Notes under the pieces: generated by a model
What the model was told of the DNA's origin: nothing
Databases searched by the model: none
What the model saw: only the letters and a program-made list of their open reading frames with translations
Shown: one piece after another, positions 63,534 through 64,000 of the stretch
Numbering within the stretch: position 1 is the first letter of the stretch
Layout of the letters: each line of letters begins with the position of its first letter
Position numbers and translations under genes: made by a program
Assembly (NCBI RefSeq): GCF_004010195.1
Contig: NC_057750.1
Span: 12,189,144 to 12,253,143 of the forward strand
Length of the DNA: 64,000 bases
Origin: Chiloscyllium plagiosum
Lineage: Eukaryota
Reading direction: 5' to 3'

Positions 63534-64000
63534 AAATTACAATTAACTACAGCAATTTTCATAAAAGGACATCAATGTCCTTTCAGGAAGCAAGTCTGCC
63601 TTGTTGCCTGGTCTCAACCACGTGTGGTTCACTCTCAACTACCCTCTGTAATGGCCTAGCAAGCCCGTCAGTTCCAAGGCAGTTGGGGATGAGCAAAAAA
63701 ATGCCAGCCTTGCCGGTGATGCCCACATTCTGAGAAAGAATACTTTTAAAATATCCTCACCACAAACACTTGCTTAACTAGCTGCAGATTCCAAGCTCCT
63801 TCTAGACCTGACCTCCAAATTCTGTAATGAATAAACTGCTACCTCCAATAACTTCTGGGCATATTGTTTCTCCAGGGTTCAGGTGACATAGTGTGGAGGA
63901 GGATAGCCACCTTCTGGTCTAACTGGAAGAACCTTGTAGTGTAAGAAAGATGTTGTTTGTTGCAACTCTGCATTATTTACATGTTAAAGGATACCATTTA

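Overview
This is vertebrate nuclear DNA, almost certainly from an elasmobranch. HE1-type V-SINEs with (AATCT)n tails, HER1/CR1 LINEs and SacSINE1-like DeuSINEs point to a shark, plausibly a carpet or bamboo shark (inference from recalled repeat consensus only). I recognise no host protein-coding exon, so the window looks intronic or intergenic. Nearly all long ORFs in the track are decayed transposon frames or low-complexity sequence. Contents: a nested stack of CR1 LINEs (11.6-18.8 kb), a near full-length single-ORF CR1/Zenon-like LINE (46.5-49.7 kb, minus), a Tigger/pogo transposon with TIRs and TA duplication (36357-38226), a Gypsy gag-pro relic, RTE and L2 fragments, and many Penelope-like (PLE) remnants. 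Two observations stand out. (1) At least four distinct PLE families carry minimal hammerhead-ribozyme cores, and many copies are short fold-back cassettes with 9-16 bp target-site duplications whose 5' truncation or inversion point lies at the ribozyme. (2) The single-ORF LINE begins with a tRNA-like Pol III head, and an abundant SINE-like repeat in the window equals that LINE's first ~300 nt joined to its last ~70 nt. Several repeat-free, TAAT/TGAT-rich islands are candidate conserved enhancers. Repeat boundaries are approximate (about +/-20 bp) unless a TSD or TIR is quoted. Family names come from recognition, not from a database search.
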